A stretch of 60,000 bases of DNA, taken from NCBI GenBank assembly GCA_964187785.1, contig OZ076409.1:67458001-67518000 (forward strand), in the 5' to 3' direction. The DNA is from Amphiscolops sp. MND2022 (Eukaryota). The notes beneath the pieces were generated by a model. The model saw only the letters and a list, made by a program, of their open reading frames with translations. It did not search any database and was not told the DNA's origin. The position numbers were made by a program, and so were the translations under genes. Of this stretch, positions 36,590 to 48,653 are shown piece after piece; position 1 is the stretch's first letter, and every line of letters starts with the position of its first letter.

Positions 36590-37989
36590 GATTTTTTTCG
36601 GCACTGTGATACCTTTTTTCGAAATATTTTAATGTCTCCAAAGGGACCCCCTTCGATTTATTTTTTTATTTGAAACAGAACGGGTGTTAAAAAATCTCAA
36701 AGGGCCCCCCTTTTACATTTTTCGATTCTATGAGATTCTATTTTTTTGCCTGATATTAGGTTCTCTCAATATATATCCACCAAATACTTTTTTTCAACAC
36801 TGTCCAAATTTTGGAGGTTGAGGTTCAAAAATATTGCGCATTATCCGAATTTTCACCAATATATTCAAACAATATTACAGTTACTAAGGAGGAAGCGGAG
36901 GTTCGAAAACAATCGGTCCCAGTTGTCCCAGCACGCTATACCCGAACTTTTGACGTTATATCCAAGATATTTGCGTTTTACTGAGGAGGAGACGTAGGAT
37001 CAAACAAGCGCTCGTATTTGTCTCAGCACGCTATATCCGAACTTCTGAAGCGTTTACCGAGCACGGAAGGCACCCTTTTGGTGTTTCGAAGTTTTTTGTT
37101 AGTATTTCATAATTGTCTGAAGCATATTTTCAAAACATTGCGCTTTTTTGAGCCTCAGGTTTAGCGCCGACAATAGACGTTCCCGTCTTGTTCTTCCTTA
37201 TCTTCAGGCGGCGCATTTTCCCTTGAAGAAAAAAGTCCGACTATTACAGTGACTAGTTTTGTCAGATAGCAGAATGTATGCGTAGTGGAAAATTTTTACA
37301 GAAACTAATAAAATTACTAAGCTAGTGGACCGGCCAACGAAAACGTCAGGACAAGTCAGGACAACGAAAACGCCGCTAATTTAGTGCAGAGGGTCCCCCT
37401 CTTATTTTTTCCCCTTTTTTACCGTAACATACAAAACTGAACGAGAATAAAGGGTCCCACCTTTTGTTTTTTATTCGGCACTGTGAGACTTTTTTCCAAA
37501 GTGTCAAAATGTCTCCAAAGGGTCCCCTTTCAATTTTTTGACATTTTGAGAAAAAAAGGATGTTAAGAAATTCCAAAAGGTCCCCCCTTTTAAATTTTTC
37601 GGCACTATGAGATTGTTCAAAACTCTCACTTTTCGACTGATATTATCTCAATATATAGTTTTCTCAATATATATCAACTAGAAAATTTTTTTCACTACTA
37701 TCCGAATTTTCAAGTTGGGGGTTCCAAAAAATTGCGCAATATCCGACTTTTTGACGTTATATCCAAACTATATTGCGTTTTACTGTATCAGAGGCGTAGG
37801 ATCGAAAAAAGTGCTCGTCAAATCGCTATTTCTCAACTTCTGAAGTCTTTTCAGAACACAGAAGGCACCCTTTGAGCGTTTCGAAACTGTCTTCTGTGTT
37901 TTTCATAAAACTTCTCTGGCATATTTTAAAAATTTTGCGCTTTATGAGCCTTAGGGAAAGCGCCGACTTTAGACGTTCCCGTCTTGTTT
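36590..37989 (+). mobile_element. Two tandem HINE-like copies (ending 37192 and 37989)
   Basis: Two GCGCCGAC..AGACGTTCCCGTCTTGTT ends, a degenerate 5' hairpin at about 37205, and internal ATATCCGAACTT repeats. Confidence 0.65.
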
Positions 37990-39729
37990 TCCAAAACTTT
38001 GCCATGTTCCAATGCCATATCAAAATGAAAGGATTCGCCCGAAGTATTTCAACTAACAAAAACTCAGCTTCGTGCTATTTGTTGTTGTAGAGATTTTTGT
38101 GAATTGGAAAACCCATAGAAGTTAAGAATCGATAAGAGGAGCCTTTTAGAAGGCATTTTTGAAAAACAAATCCGAAAAGAATTCCTTTAGGAAGTGCCTC
38201 AAAACTATCCCAAAATACTAAGAATCAAAAAACTAACTTCAAATTTTCTACTTTTTGTCAACTTTTGTCGTTCTCCAATGTTTTAATGTTTTCGTGGTTT
38301 AAAATATCTGAAAGTTTCACGTTGAAAGAACAAGCTGTCCTGACGCTTTTTAGAAGAGAAAAAAAGGAACGTTTTTCGTTAAAAAGTGTCAAAGTGTCTC
38401 AGAGTGACCCCAAAAAACTACAAATTTAACCTTTTCGTTTCAAGGCAACTATTGAATAAACTTTGAGCTTTTGCAAAAAATAGAAGCTGAAGAAATCTCA
38501 TCAACGAACGAGCTGGCTATCGGGTACGCTGTTAGGAACAGTGATATAGTTTTTTTTGTTCTAAAAAACTCAGAATCACACCCAAAAACGTAGAATGTCG
38601 ATGTTGTGAACAGTTTACGATGTTTACAACACTTTTGAACGATTTAAGCGAAGCAAACAAGAAACAAACAATCAGTTGGTACGATTTAAGTTAAGAGTTT
38701 ATGAGAACATTCTGACATGACACCAAAAAAGACAAAAATCTCCATTTTTTGTCCATTATGCCGCATTCGTAGTTCAGTATTTTATCATTTGCAGTGGTTA
38801 GAATATCAAGGGACTAAATATGTCTTTATCACAAAGTATGTACCGACACAAAATATGTACCAAAATGACTTTTAAAAGGCGAATTGGATGCCTCTTAAGA
38901 AGTCTACTGTTTCAAACAACTTCCGTAAGTTTTAATTCACCTACTTTTTTGAAAACAAACTGTTCAATTTTTGGATATTTTCAGGATAGCAGCATACTCT
39001 TTAGGACAAAAGGCAATGTCAAAAAACCGCGAGAAGAGCTGTAAAACATAAAACCCAAAAATTAAAAAATTTGACATTTTAGTGATTATTTTTGTATTCG
39101 TTAGCCGTTTTTGTAGTTTACGAAACGTAGCCAATTGAACAACGAACAATATATTCATCAAAGATGTTCTCAGTGTAGGGGGAACGTCAATTATTGTCAC
39201 AGCCCGCTCCCGGTCTGGGATGTTGCTGCAAACGCATTGGAATTGGTAGAGGAGACGGTTGCAGCCTGCGATTCCCCAGGTGGTACTTTAATTGTTATTT
39301 CCAAACATTAGTACCCGCTTCCGAAATAAATTCTGACTGAAAATTTAAAATGTACGTCTATGTTGTGCAACTGTTAAACGAAAATGACAAAAAGAAATTA
39401 GGTGAGCTAAAATGATTTCACGCATTTCCGGCGAAACGTTTTTTGTCACTTCAGAATGAAAACATTCGCCACCTGAAAACTAAACTTGAACGCGTCTTAG
39501 AATAAAGACCACAGGCCATTTTAAATGAAAACATATTCAAAATTCCTTCTACAAAAGAACATCATTCAAATCTAAAACAGAAATTACATTGAGATGGCTC
39601 ACCGAGAGAATTATGCCTCATCTAAGAAAAGCAGCTTAATTGCACTTTGAACAGCAATTAATGTAGAACTAGGACGACCTTTCGTCGCTTAGTAAACAAA
39701 TACTGGTGATGCATGCAAATATTACTATA

Positions 39730-39962
39730 CTTGTGACGTCAGCAACGCGTCACTAACTTGGCAGCTAGTCAAAATTCCATTCCAAAGTCGTGACGTCAGC
39801 ATCTCGTCCGACTTACTAGCTAGCTAGAATTTCATTCCAAATCTTGGTCAAAACTACGTCACGCTTGTGGCAGCTAGCTAATTCTCATTCCAAATCTTGG
39901 TCAACAGTACGTCACGCTTGCGGCAGCTAGCTAATTCTCACCCCAAATCCTGGTGTCAACAC
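39730..39962 (+). repeat. About 4.5 diverged 51-58-bp tandem repeats in the LTR (enhancer-like)
   Basis: Recurring ACGTCA...GGCAGCTAGCTAATTCTCATTCCAAATCTTGG units; TGACGTCA occurs twice. Confidence 0.75.
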
Positions 39963-41170
39963 TGCGTCCAAAATCCATAAAAATAGCTGTTTTAGTCCAT
40001 CCAATATAATGAATAGAATGTAGTTTTAAAAACTTTTGTACTAGGAAAGCGCCTGAGACACGTATAAGTTACCTAGCATAAGAGTAAAAGGGCTTTTAGG
40101 ATGCGTCTACCTGTCGTCAGATGAAATATAGTCAATTTAAATATTTGCGTTAGGAATTAATCTAAATGAAACATTTCCACATTCTTTGAAACGAAAGTCA
40201 CAGTTTATTCTAAGGAACGTAATACGAATACATACTTATACTGTCCACTGTAAAACGTTGATCTATTTTGTACGAACTGTCGCTGCTTCAACGTATTGGG
40301 GAATCGAACGTTGTAGATTTTGGAGAATAACTTTTTGATAATGGAGCTATATTTTTCCAAATATTACATTTGTATCGCGTTGCTATGTTCATGATTTAAT
40401 GTCGTTCCAACTATGCATTGTGAGTTTTATTCGATTTCATTTTATCACCCGGAGCTGATGTTAGTGTTTAGTGTTTTCAGGTTTGTTAGTCTAGTCTGAC
40501 GTCGTTGACACGTTGAGCTATAATTATTTTAATTGTGTTTCTTCAGATGTAAAGATTACGCATAATAATCTATCTTAAATTAAGTGCTTTCATCAGTTAA
40601 CCAGTCCTTCTCTTCTCCTAGCATCTCCGAATATTACAACCAAAACAGAATTAGTCATAATTTTCTTCAAGTCAAAATTCAAGTTCAAGCACTAGTTGTT
40701 CACGTCAGCGTCATCTCTGCGTCGATTTTCCTTCTAACCAAAGCAGTAAATCAGGGAAATATTTCCAGTTTGACAGACTGAAGTAATATCTACTTCCTGC
40801 TTGTAAGGAAATAAAGGGACACCGGAATGAAATGATATGATCATGTTTGGTGTCTAATATTAGATCAAAATTGCCGTGCCTTAAAATTTGACGAAATGCC
40901 GACGCAAATTTGAGATCTATCTGATTTTTTCATCGAAATATATAGGAAATCAATAATTGTTCGAGGGAAATTAGGGATTTGTTCGTGATCAAATGATGCT
41001 AGAAGTGTATAAATATGAAGTGCTTCGATTCCTAAGGGACCCAGTTTTTTCTCATCTGTGAAAATCTGTTGTGCTACAATTTCTCTGCTTTTCAATCTCG
41101 TTCTCAACTTTGTTGAACAATTATCTCGAAAACCATTAAAAAAATTTCAAATTGAATCTCTTCATCTAAA

Positions 41171-41570
41171 ATGTCGACAACAAGAAGCCAAAAGAGAAAA
41201 AACAATCATCAGGAGAGCACCGAATGTGTAAGTGAAGGTTTAATTTCACCGATACTAGTAGAAAATGTCTGTCATTTAAATCAGGACGTTAGCATTGCGG
41301 GACCTTCCAGGCCGAAATCTCACAGGATTGAAAATAGCTTCTTAGAAAATTTGAGAGCCTCTTTGAAAGAGGAAATACCTTCCGAAATCAAGAGCCTTCA
41401 TGTAGAATCCCAGAGAGAGATGTTGAAGATACTGAAACCCAAATCAGGGGAGAATGTGAGGGAAAATATTGAAGAAGAAACGGAAAAGGAAACTAGAAAC
41501 TTTTACACTCCTACAAAATCTGTTAGGATAAATTCAACCCAAAATGACGACCCGAGCACGAGTCGTAACA
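41171..41570 (+). CDS. LTR-encoded ORF, probable N-terminus of gag, truncated at the LTR end
   Basis: 133 open codons MSTTRSQKRK...LRASLKEEIPSEIKSL... (basic start, coiled-coil) running to the exact LTR end. Confidence 0.55.
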
Positions 41571-42475
41571 ATTATGTCGTCGAATATTCTAGATAATAGC
41601 ATCTCTCTATAAAACTGTATTCGTCTGTATCAGCCCATTTTGCTGTCTCTGAATGCTAACCTTTGGTTTTAGCAATCTCGCGTCGTTTTTGTCCCGGTTA
41701 TAACTAGCTGCAGATCGGTTGAGAAATTTTTCTGCGTCTCCCGGACCATTTCGGCTAAATTCATCTCCTTGCTTTTTTTTGGCGTCGATTATTGGCGCTT
41801 TGCCTAGTATGACGTACTGGACTTTTTCTATTCCACTTCTAAAGTGGATGGGTAACCTCCTTTGCTGTTATTCATTTTGTCTTCCTCTGGATTGTCAAGT
41901 GGACATGTTGTACATTAGCGGTGCGACTTGTAGACCAATGATCATCTAGTATGGCTTGTTTGACGTAACCATGCCTGATCGGCAACTGTAGCAGCTGGTT
42001 TTCTTCGACTTGACTTGTGGGATTCTTAATCTCTTTAAATTGTTACTCGGTTGTTTTCATCTCATATCTGAAGATTTTGGGCTGCATTTCTGCAGACTTA
42101 TATTGTTAGACATTAAAACTTCTGTTAGCAATGTATAAAATTTGATTGAAGAGATATTTATTTTGGTGACGCAGCTCTGCCAAAACAGCCAGACATTTGT
42201 CTTTCGATATCTTGGACCGTTCCTCCAGAGCTGCTTGGGTGTTAGCAGGAGCAGCATTCACTTTTTCCTCATCGCTATTTTTACCCTCACCCTCTTTTGA
42301 TTCGGCAACTCTAGCGGCTGGTTTTCTTCGATTTGACTTGTGGGATTGTTGATTTGTGATTGGACCCGGATACCAGGTATATCCACGCATTGACGGTGTC
42401 TTGCAACCGATCAATCAAATCCTGTGTGCCATTCTTCTTCCAGCTAGTCAACTGTTCGATAATCCATTATGGAAC

Positions 42476-42776
42476 CCCGGGTTCATCCTCCATGGATATC
42501 TTAGTGAGATCATGGCAAGATCTTGGAACAATCTTGGCTAAGATCTTGTCAAGATCTTGCCATGGTATTCATTTTGCCATGGTAAGATCTTATCAAGAGA
42601 GCCATGTTCCCAAGAAAAATTTTATCGTAAATAAGATACGATCTAGGAATAATGTATTATCTTAGTAAGATCTTAATGAGAATCTTGCCATAAGATCCAT
42701 GGTTGCCAAGATGAGCTAAGAATTTGGCAAGATCTTGCAAAGACAGCCAAGATGCTAATAAGAGGGTCAACCCGGG
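42476..42776. mobile_element. MITE with CCCGGG termini and internal AAGATCTT palindromic repeats
   Basis: TIR CCCGGGTTCATCCTC / GAGGGTCAACCCGGG; many AAGATCTTG units; TSD not evident. Confidence 0.65.
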
Positions 42777-44129
42777 AGTAGAGATTTGACTTTTCATTTG
42801 AAAAAGTGAATTTTATTGACTGTTTCAATAATGAGTGCCTGGAATGGCAAGTTGTTTGCTTTTGTCAAGGGATGGCCGATTAGTGTTTGCTTTAGCTTTA
42901 CTGCCGCGCTGCACTGTGATTGACCCTTTCGTTCTTCTTCTCGCCGATTTTGGTCGCTTATGCAACCATAACCGGAAGTGAATTTTTGTATCGGTGTGAG
43001 GTTCTTAATACTGTATTTATTCCTAAATTGCTCCCTCCGCAATCGGTGGCAGATTTGGGTGTCAACTTGTGTAATCGGTTCTCCGGCGATGTGATTTTGT
43101 TTATTAAAAGCAGAGCTAGCTGATCTAGACTACCTGTAAGCCTATCGCTGTAAATTTTGTTGGAGCGTTTCTTTTAGACAACAAATGGATTGCTCCCGAA
43201 AACCACTTTTTGTCGTTTGTCGGTTGTTTCAATTTTTTTTATCGCCTGAATTTATCTTGTAACGATCAAATACCGTTTTGATTAATTCTGAGACCAATCC
43301 ATTTGTTTTCAGTTTCGAAAACTTCGTATTTGCTTTTGCTAAATCTGAAGCCTGCATTTTCTAGTTTTATTGGATCTTTGGAACAATTAGTTCCTTTCAA
43401 CGTTTGTCTTTATTTCCTTTTGTAATTAGGATGATATCTTTTAGCCACGTGGGGTCTTCACTTTTTTGGGTACTGTTTACTTCGTCCTAGAAAATGGTGG
43501 GTACGACTGCCTAGCCCATAAACACCTTTCAAGAAATTATAGTTTGTCTCAATGTACAGTGATCTTGTTCAGTTTGTTTGCGCTAATTGACCAGTGAAGG
43601 TCCATCTTTGATATCCAAATTGCATCGCCGGGACTGCTTGCAATGTTTCTGGATATCCTAGTTATTTATACATAATACGTTGGTCTCTGAGCTTTTCTTT
43701 TCATCCTTACGTCAACAGGCAAGCGGCAAATGTGAAACCATACGTAGTCTAATTGTTTTCGGATCAATTTTTCTGGCCAACCATCATCACCGAAGAGAAA
43801 AAATAGCGTTGAAAGAAACCGCCGGGCTGAGAATTACGCCAATCAGCAATGGCAATTGCTTAAGAAGCTCAATCTGCAGCGTGCACCAGTTCCAGGTGCA
43901 ATGAACGTCAGAGGAAAAAGCCAAGAGGACACAACATAATGGTTATCCAAGTTTGAGAGCAGGCTGCAGACCCAGTGGAGGGTCGAAAATAAACTCCTCG
44001 AATAATAATTGGAGTGCAAATTCGTCGAGTAATTACAGATTACCCACGAAGACTAACCCACGAAAATTACCCAGTGCTAATTAGGGATTAATTTTTCCTA
44101 GTTGATGCGTGAAGTTATACGCATACTAT

Positions 44130-44825
44130 GGTTTAGTATCATTTCACCCCACGTTCATTTCACCCCATATCATTTCACCCCATGTTCATTTCACCCCAGG
44201 TTCATTTCACCCCAAATTAATTTCACCCCACGTTCATTTCACCCCACATTTAAATTATCAAATGCGTCTCAGATTAATTACTAAAGCCACCCAATTTCAA
44301 TCTTAGCGCTAATAGAAAAGCGTCTTGAATCTAATTACCAATTAGATAAGCAAACGATGCTTTCTATGTGAACCACAAATTGAAACCGAATAGTTTCATT
44401 TATCGGAATTGTAATACTTCTGAAAAAAGTGCTGAAAAAAAACATTTTTCTTCTGTCAATCAAAATTTACAATTATGAATGTTGCGAATTTTCAGCGAAA
44501 AATTTCTTATTCGGTGTTTCTACGGCAAAAAATCCTACAGGTCAAAAACTGACAATCAAATCAAAGCTGACTCAAAGACAGTAGGCATCTAAGGTTAATT
44601 GCTAATTGGTTAATTAAGGCGAGACGCTTTTGTATAATTACAATATGGTGTGAAGTGAAAATGAGGTGAAATGAACGTGGGGTGAAATGATTGTGGGGTG
44701 AAATGAATGTGGGGTGAAATGAATGTGGGGTGAAATGAACGTGGGGTGAAATGAATGTGGGGTGAAATAATATGGGGTGAAGTGATATGGGGTGAAATGA
44801 TTTTAGGGTGAAATGAACGCACACC
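44130..44825. mobile_element. Foldback/Mutator-like non-autonomous element with minisatellite TIRs
   Basis: 9-bp TSD GCATACTAT (44121-44129, 44826-44834); inverted arrays of a ~15-bp CATTTCACCCCACGTT unit at 44140-44248 and 44647-44820. Confidence 0.85.
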
Positions 44826-45391
44826 GCATACTATAGCTTTCTTAAGTTATATAATTGGTTGAAATGTTTAACACTGTTATACTTCATAATAATTTAGAAC
44901 TTCATAACATAGTATGATCAAAAAGCAAGCTTTATATTGGTCTGAGATGATTCTTTGTACTTGCGACGAGTTTGCCCCCGGAGAATTTTTGACCAGTTGT
45001 TTTCGGCAAGTTGTTTTCGACGTTGCTTTCCTAGATTGTACTTTTAAAGGAGGGGTTCGTGACAAAAGAAAAAGCTAACAAGTTTGTAAATGAAATACAC
45101 AATCAGAACATACCTTTTCTCGCCTTTCACTTATGTAAAAATCTCATAAAAAGGAAAGGAAAGCGAAAATTTAAATTTTACTATTCAGCACAAGACAAAA
45201 CATTTGCGTTAGTAGAAAAAGCATTTTAAACAACACAATTATTAGTAATTTCAATCATATTTGTACCGCATCGATTGAAAGTGTTGGTTGTTGGGCACTT
45301 CCGATGCTTCACTATCTCAATGAAACACAGATTTGTGATCTGATCGTACTGTGTATTTGTAGTTCGTTCTTAATCGGCTGTGACATCACGT

Positions 45392-45700
45392 CTAAGCTGA
45401 CGAGAGTTGAATCTGAAGTCTTTCGAGATCGATCGCGCACTGCTCGGCTTTTTGAGTAGCCTCAGCTAATTCGGCCTGGGCTGCCTCGAACTTCGTTGTC
45501 TGCGACTCGACTTCGGATTTCTTGGTCTCGATTCGGACCTGAAGACTATCCTTTTCGTCTTTGCATTTATTTACGTCCTCTTTCCATTGCTCCAGAAGCT
45601 CGTTCGTGTACTGATTGGCCAGGATTTCATTATCTTCTTCAGCCGAAACGGAAACGACCCAAACACTCAAAAGAGCTACGATTACGTAAGCAGAATACAT
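45392..45700 (-). CDS. Small secreted acidic coiled-coil protein, 102 aa, family unknown
   Basis: ATG start, hydrophobic signal peptide ending VSVSA, heptad-rich E/Q/K/A body, two Cys; acceptor-like tttaattcag 17 nt upstream. Confidence 0.65.
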   Translation of the reverse strand: MYSAYVIVALLSVWVVSVSAEEDNEILANQYTNELLEQWKEDVNKCKDEKDSLQVRIETKKSEVESQTTKFEAAQAELAEATQKAEQCAIDLERLQIQLSSA

Positions 45701-46346
45701 TCTCTGGTGTTTGGAATCTGAATTAAATCTTTAATATTGAGTTTTTAAATGCTAGGCTCTTCTCAGGTATGAAACTAGTTGAATGCTGCTGAAAAACTGG
45801 TGAAAACTAATTCCAAATATGCACGTTCTATTTAATTTCAACGATCAATTATGTTACGAAGCGAAAACTTATGCTTGCTGATTTTTCAGTGCGTGCCAAA
45901 AATTCTTGATATGCCTGGTTTAACTTTCACATGGTGTCTTTCAATGTAGTTTGAACAAAACGTGATTGGCAGTGAACTGAGCTAAACTTTTGGATGCATA
46001 GCAGCTAAATTAAAATATGGTTTTAATATGGTTTGAATGCAAACTTGAATAATTATAATTTCATAGCTTTGAATTTTCATGTCAAATTGAAGAACATGTT
46101 TTGGTTCAAGTTATTCTACAAATCCCGAAAATTATATGAGTCGTTTTTTGGATATTTGATGTCCAAGTTTTTTTTCCTAAGTAAATTTTGAGACTTAGGA
46201 TTACAGTCTCCAGCTATTACTATAGTTTTTAGCCATTTATGTTGAAAAACTTCTCCTGGGTTTGGTGTTTCGTCTGGTTGGTGGAGCAAAGTGAAAGCTG
46301 TTGACGCTGACATTTATTATTATCAAATGACACCCCGTACTGACAT

Positions 46347-46752
46347 CCCATGGTAACCGACCACTGGCCATCGGTTCAAAATTTCTAGCAACTGAATGAA
46401 TCACTATACGAATTACCTTTAGACGTTATTGGCGCCCCTAATGCATCAAAGCCAAACAAAAATGGGGAATTATCAGGAGCGGTTCTGAAGTATCTGTAGA
46501 GTCTGTTTGCAGTTTCAGATCGTGTCCGAAAAGCATATTTTAACTGGTTTTTCCAGTGAATTTAGATCTTAAACCAGTTGTTTTTTCAGTAATGACACAT
46601 TTTGTGGTGGCCACTGGTGGACCACCGGTGGTAGAAATTTTCTCCCACCGGTGGTCCACCTCTGACCACCACAAAATGTGCAATAGCCATCGCAGTGGTC
46701 ACTGGTGAGGTTGCGATGGGAAGTGCGGTGACCACTAGTGTGTTGCCCTAGG
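46347..46752. mobile_element. Degenerate CCC-terminal MITE with internal ACCAC/GTGGT hairpin
   Basis: CCCATGGTAAC start versus inverted CCTAGGGCAAC end; strong hairpin at 46595-46680. Confidence 0.45.
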
Positions 46753-48116
46753 TTGTCAGTACGGACTCTATTGGTCATGTGAGCTGTTAAAAAGTTGTGT
46801 GGTGGTTTCTTTTAGATGTTTTATTACTGACATAAGAAGTCTAAGATTTTAACAGCAGAGTCGTCTTGTCTTATATCTTGTAGCTAGCTAGTTCTGAGTA
46901 CAATCTATTTCTGAGATCTCAGTTCTGGAAGTGTCTGAGGGAAGACCGATCGTCAGGATGAATTCTCAATTTCTCCGAGTAGATATATTCTATTAACTAG
47001 GGTAGGTTTCATCAATTAACAATGTGACAGCAACAGGATGAATCGGGGAAGCTTGGTACAGGATATATTAAATGAAGTTTCTTCTAGAATATTTAGCTTC
47101 CAAATTAGATTACATTTACTAATTACTTTGGTTAAGAGTTCAGAGTATTTCAGATTTATTGAATCTTTGAGGACATGCATCATGGCATCACAATCAACCG
47201 GGAATTTAAAATAAAACTACATATATGCACTTTGGGTTTGAGGAGTTCTAAAAATTTTTTGTTTTAGATGTTACATGCATGGGTTTGTTTCATATGTGTT
47301 GCACTGGAATTGCATGAGTTTCGTTCTGTAGAGTACCAAACTTAAGGGGTGAGAACAACCTAAGACGATTTGACTTCTTACGTCATAGACGATTCAATTG
47401 GTGCAAAAAGGTTCAAGCAAGGTTAAAGTTCTTTCAGTTTTTTGACTGACAAGTTTTTATGAAGTTATTGTTGACAACTATTTATTATTTCATGTTTCTT
47501 TTTCGTATCAGCCATCGGCTTGTTTGAAAAAAATTTTTCATCAACATGAGTTAGTCAGCATTGAAAACTTTTCAAGTTGAAGAATCAAAGCGTGAAGTTG
47601 TCAATGAGTTGTGAACCAACATTGGCGGGTATGTGAACCAAAAGTGAAGAAGTTTCGAAAAGTCAAGGTTCTAGTGAGAGTTCATTTTCAACTAAAGTGA
47701 AGAGTAGAGCAGAAGCAAAAGTTGAAGAAAACTTTGGCAATTTCAAGTTTCAAACATTGGAAAACGAGAAATTACAGTTTTGAAGAGTTCAAAAGAAAAA
47801 TTTTCCAAATTTTTGGGAATGTTTTTGGGAAGTAAAATAAAGGTGGAGAACATGTTGTGTAAAAAAAATTTTGTCCAAAAATCTTAGAAAATTTCTTGTG
47901 CTGTAGGTAGGACTTGTGTTCTGTAAAAGATGGGGATTAGAGATATATTTTTAAAGTGTATTATAGATGTAACAATATAATTAGATAAGATTATGTCAAT
48001 GTACTATACACAAGACAATGGAAGCAGATAATATTGCGGTTACAAAGATAATTATAGGTTGAATTTTGTAGGGATTTTGCAACAGAGGGGTAATTATAAT
48101 ACGATTATTGAAGATT

Positions 48117-48170
48117 AAGATTAGATAAGAGTATATAGCACTAAAGATTAGATGAGAGTATATAGCACTA
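48117..48170. repeat. 27-bp tandem duplication
   Basis: AAGATTAGATRAGAGTATATAGCACTA, two copies. Confidence 0.85.
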
Positions 48171-48312
48171 TACTGTATTAAAGTTATAATTTGATTAAAA
48201 TAGGTTACAATAAGTTAAAAGTTATATTTGTTAAAATTGATTGTATAGTTCAGTTTGAAAATTGATTCAAGTTTGGATTACAATGTTTGAAATTTGGAGT
48301 ATAGTCCATGGG

Positions 48313-48407
48313 AGTGTGAAGACCAGTCAAGAAGTCAGCGGACATTGAAGTGTGAAGACCAGTCAAGAAGTCGGCGGACATTGAAGTGTGAAGACCAGTC
48401 AAGAAGT
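48313..48407. repeat. 36-bp tandem repeat, about 2.6 copies, in the element's 3' non-coding region
   Basis: GTGTGAAGACCAGTCAAGAAGT at 48314, 48350 and 48386. Confidence 0.9.
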
Positions 48408-48653
48408 AGGTTGAGAAGACCAGTGACGAGGACAAAGGTTGGCAACGTCGATGAACCCAAAGTGTGGATGGATGTTGTTGACCATCGTGTGTGGGTGGAG
48501 TGAAGAATGTCAGCATGTGTAGGAGAAGTTCTTTAGAGGAGTGATCAGCAACCACATTTCAATTAATCATCATCGAAGGAAGATGAAGAATTTGAAGAGG
48601 AAATGCAGTTGAAGAGTGAAATAGAAGTAAGTAGAAGTTTTTGTTTTGTAGAT

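Larger units (their letters stand above)
39195..41570 (+). mobile_element. Solo LTR (2376 bp) of an LTR retrotransposon
   Basis: Ends TGTCAC...GTAACA; 5-bp TSD ATTAT at 39190-39194 and 41571-41575. Removing it rejoins an integrase-like reading frame on the - strand. Confidence 0.85.
39100..43800 (-). pseudogene. pol: Decayed Ty3/Gypsy pol (RT to integrase N-part), interrupted by the solo LTR and a MITE
   Basis: - strand remnants AIWISKMDL, FLKG/VPTIF*, PTWLKDIILITKG (WLDD-type), LENAGFRFSK...WIGLRINQNGI, and FDDIIDVPPTLRTSL across the LTR junction; many stops and frameshifts. Confidence 0.7.

Noticed and set aside
44102..44824. His/Pro/Phe-rich repetitive ORFs
   Set aside because: Translations of the minisatellite TIRs
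43900..45064. Possible LTR on - strand starting TGTCACGAACCCC at 45064
   Set aside because: No matching end, TSD, PBS or PPT found
48313..48424. CRISPR-like 36-bp periodicity
   Set aside because: The spacers are near-identical, the context is eukaryotic and there are no cas genes; simple tandem repeat
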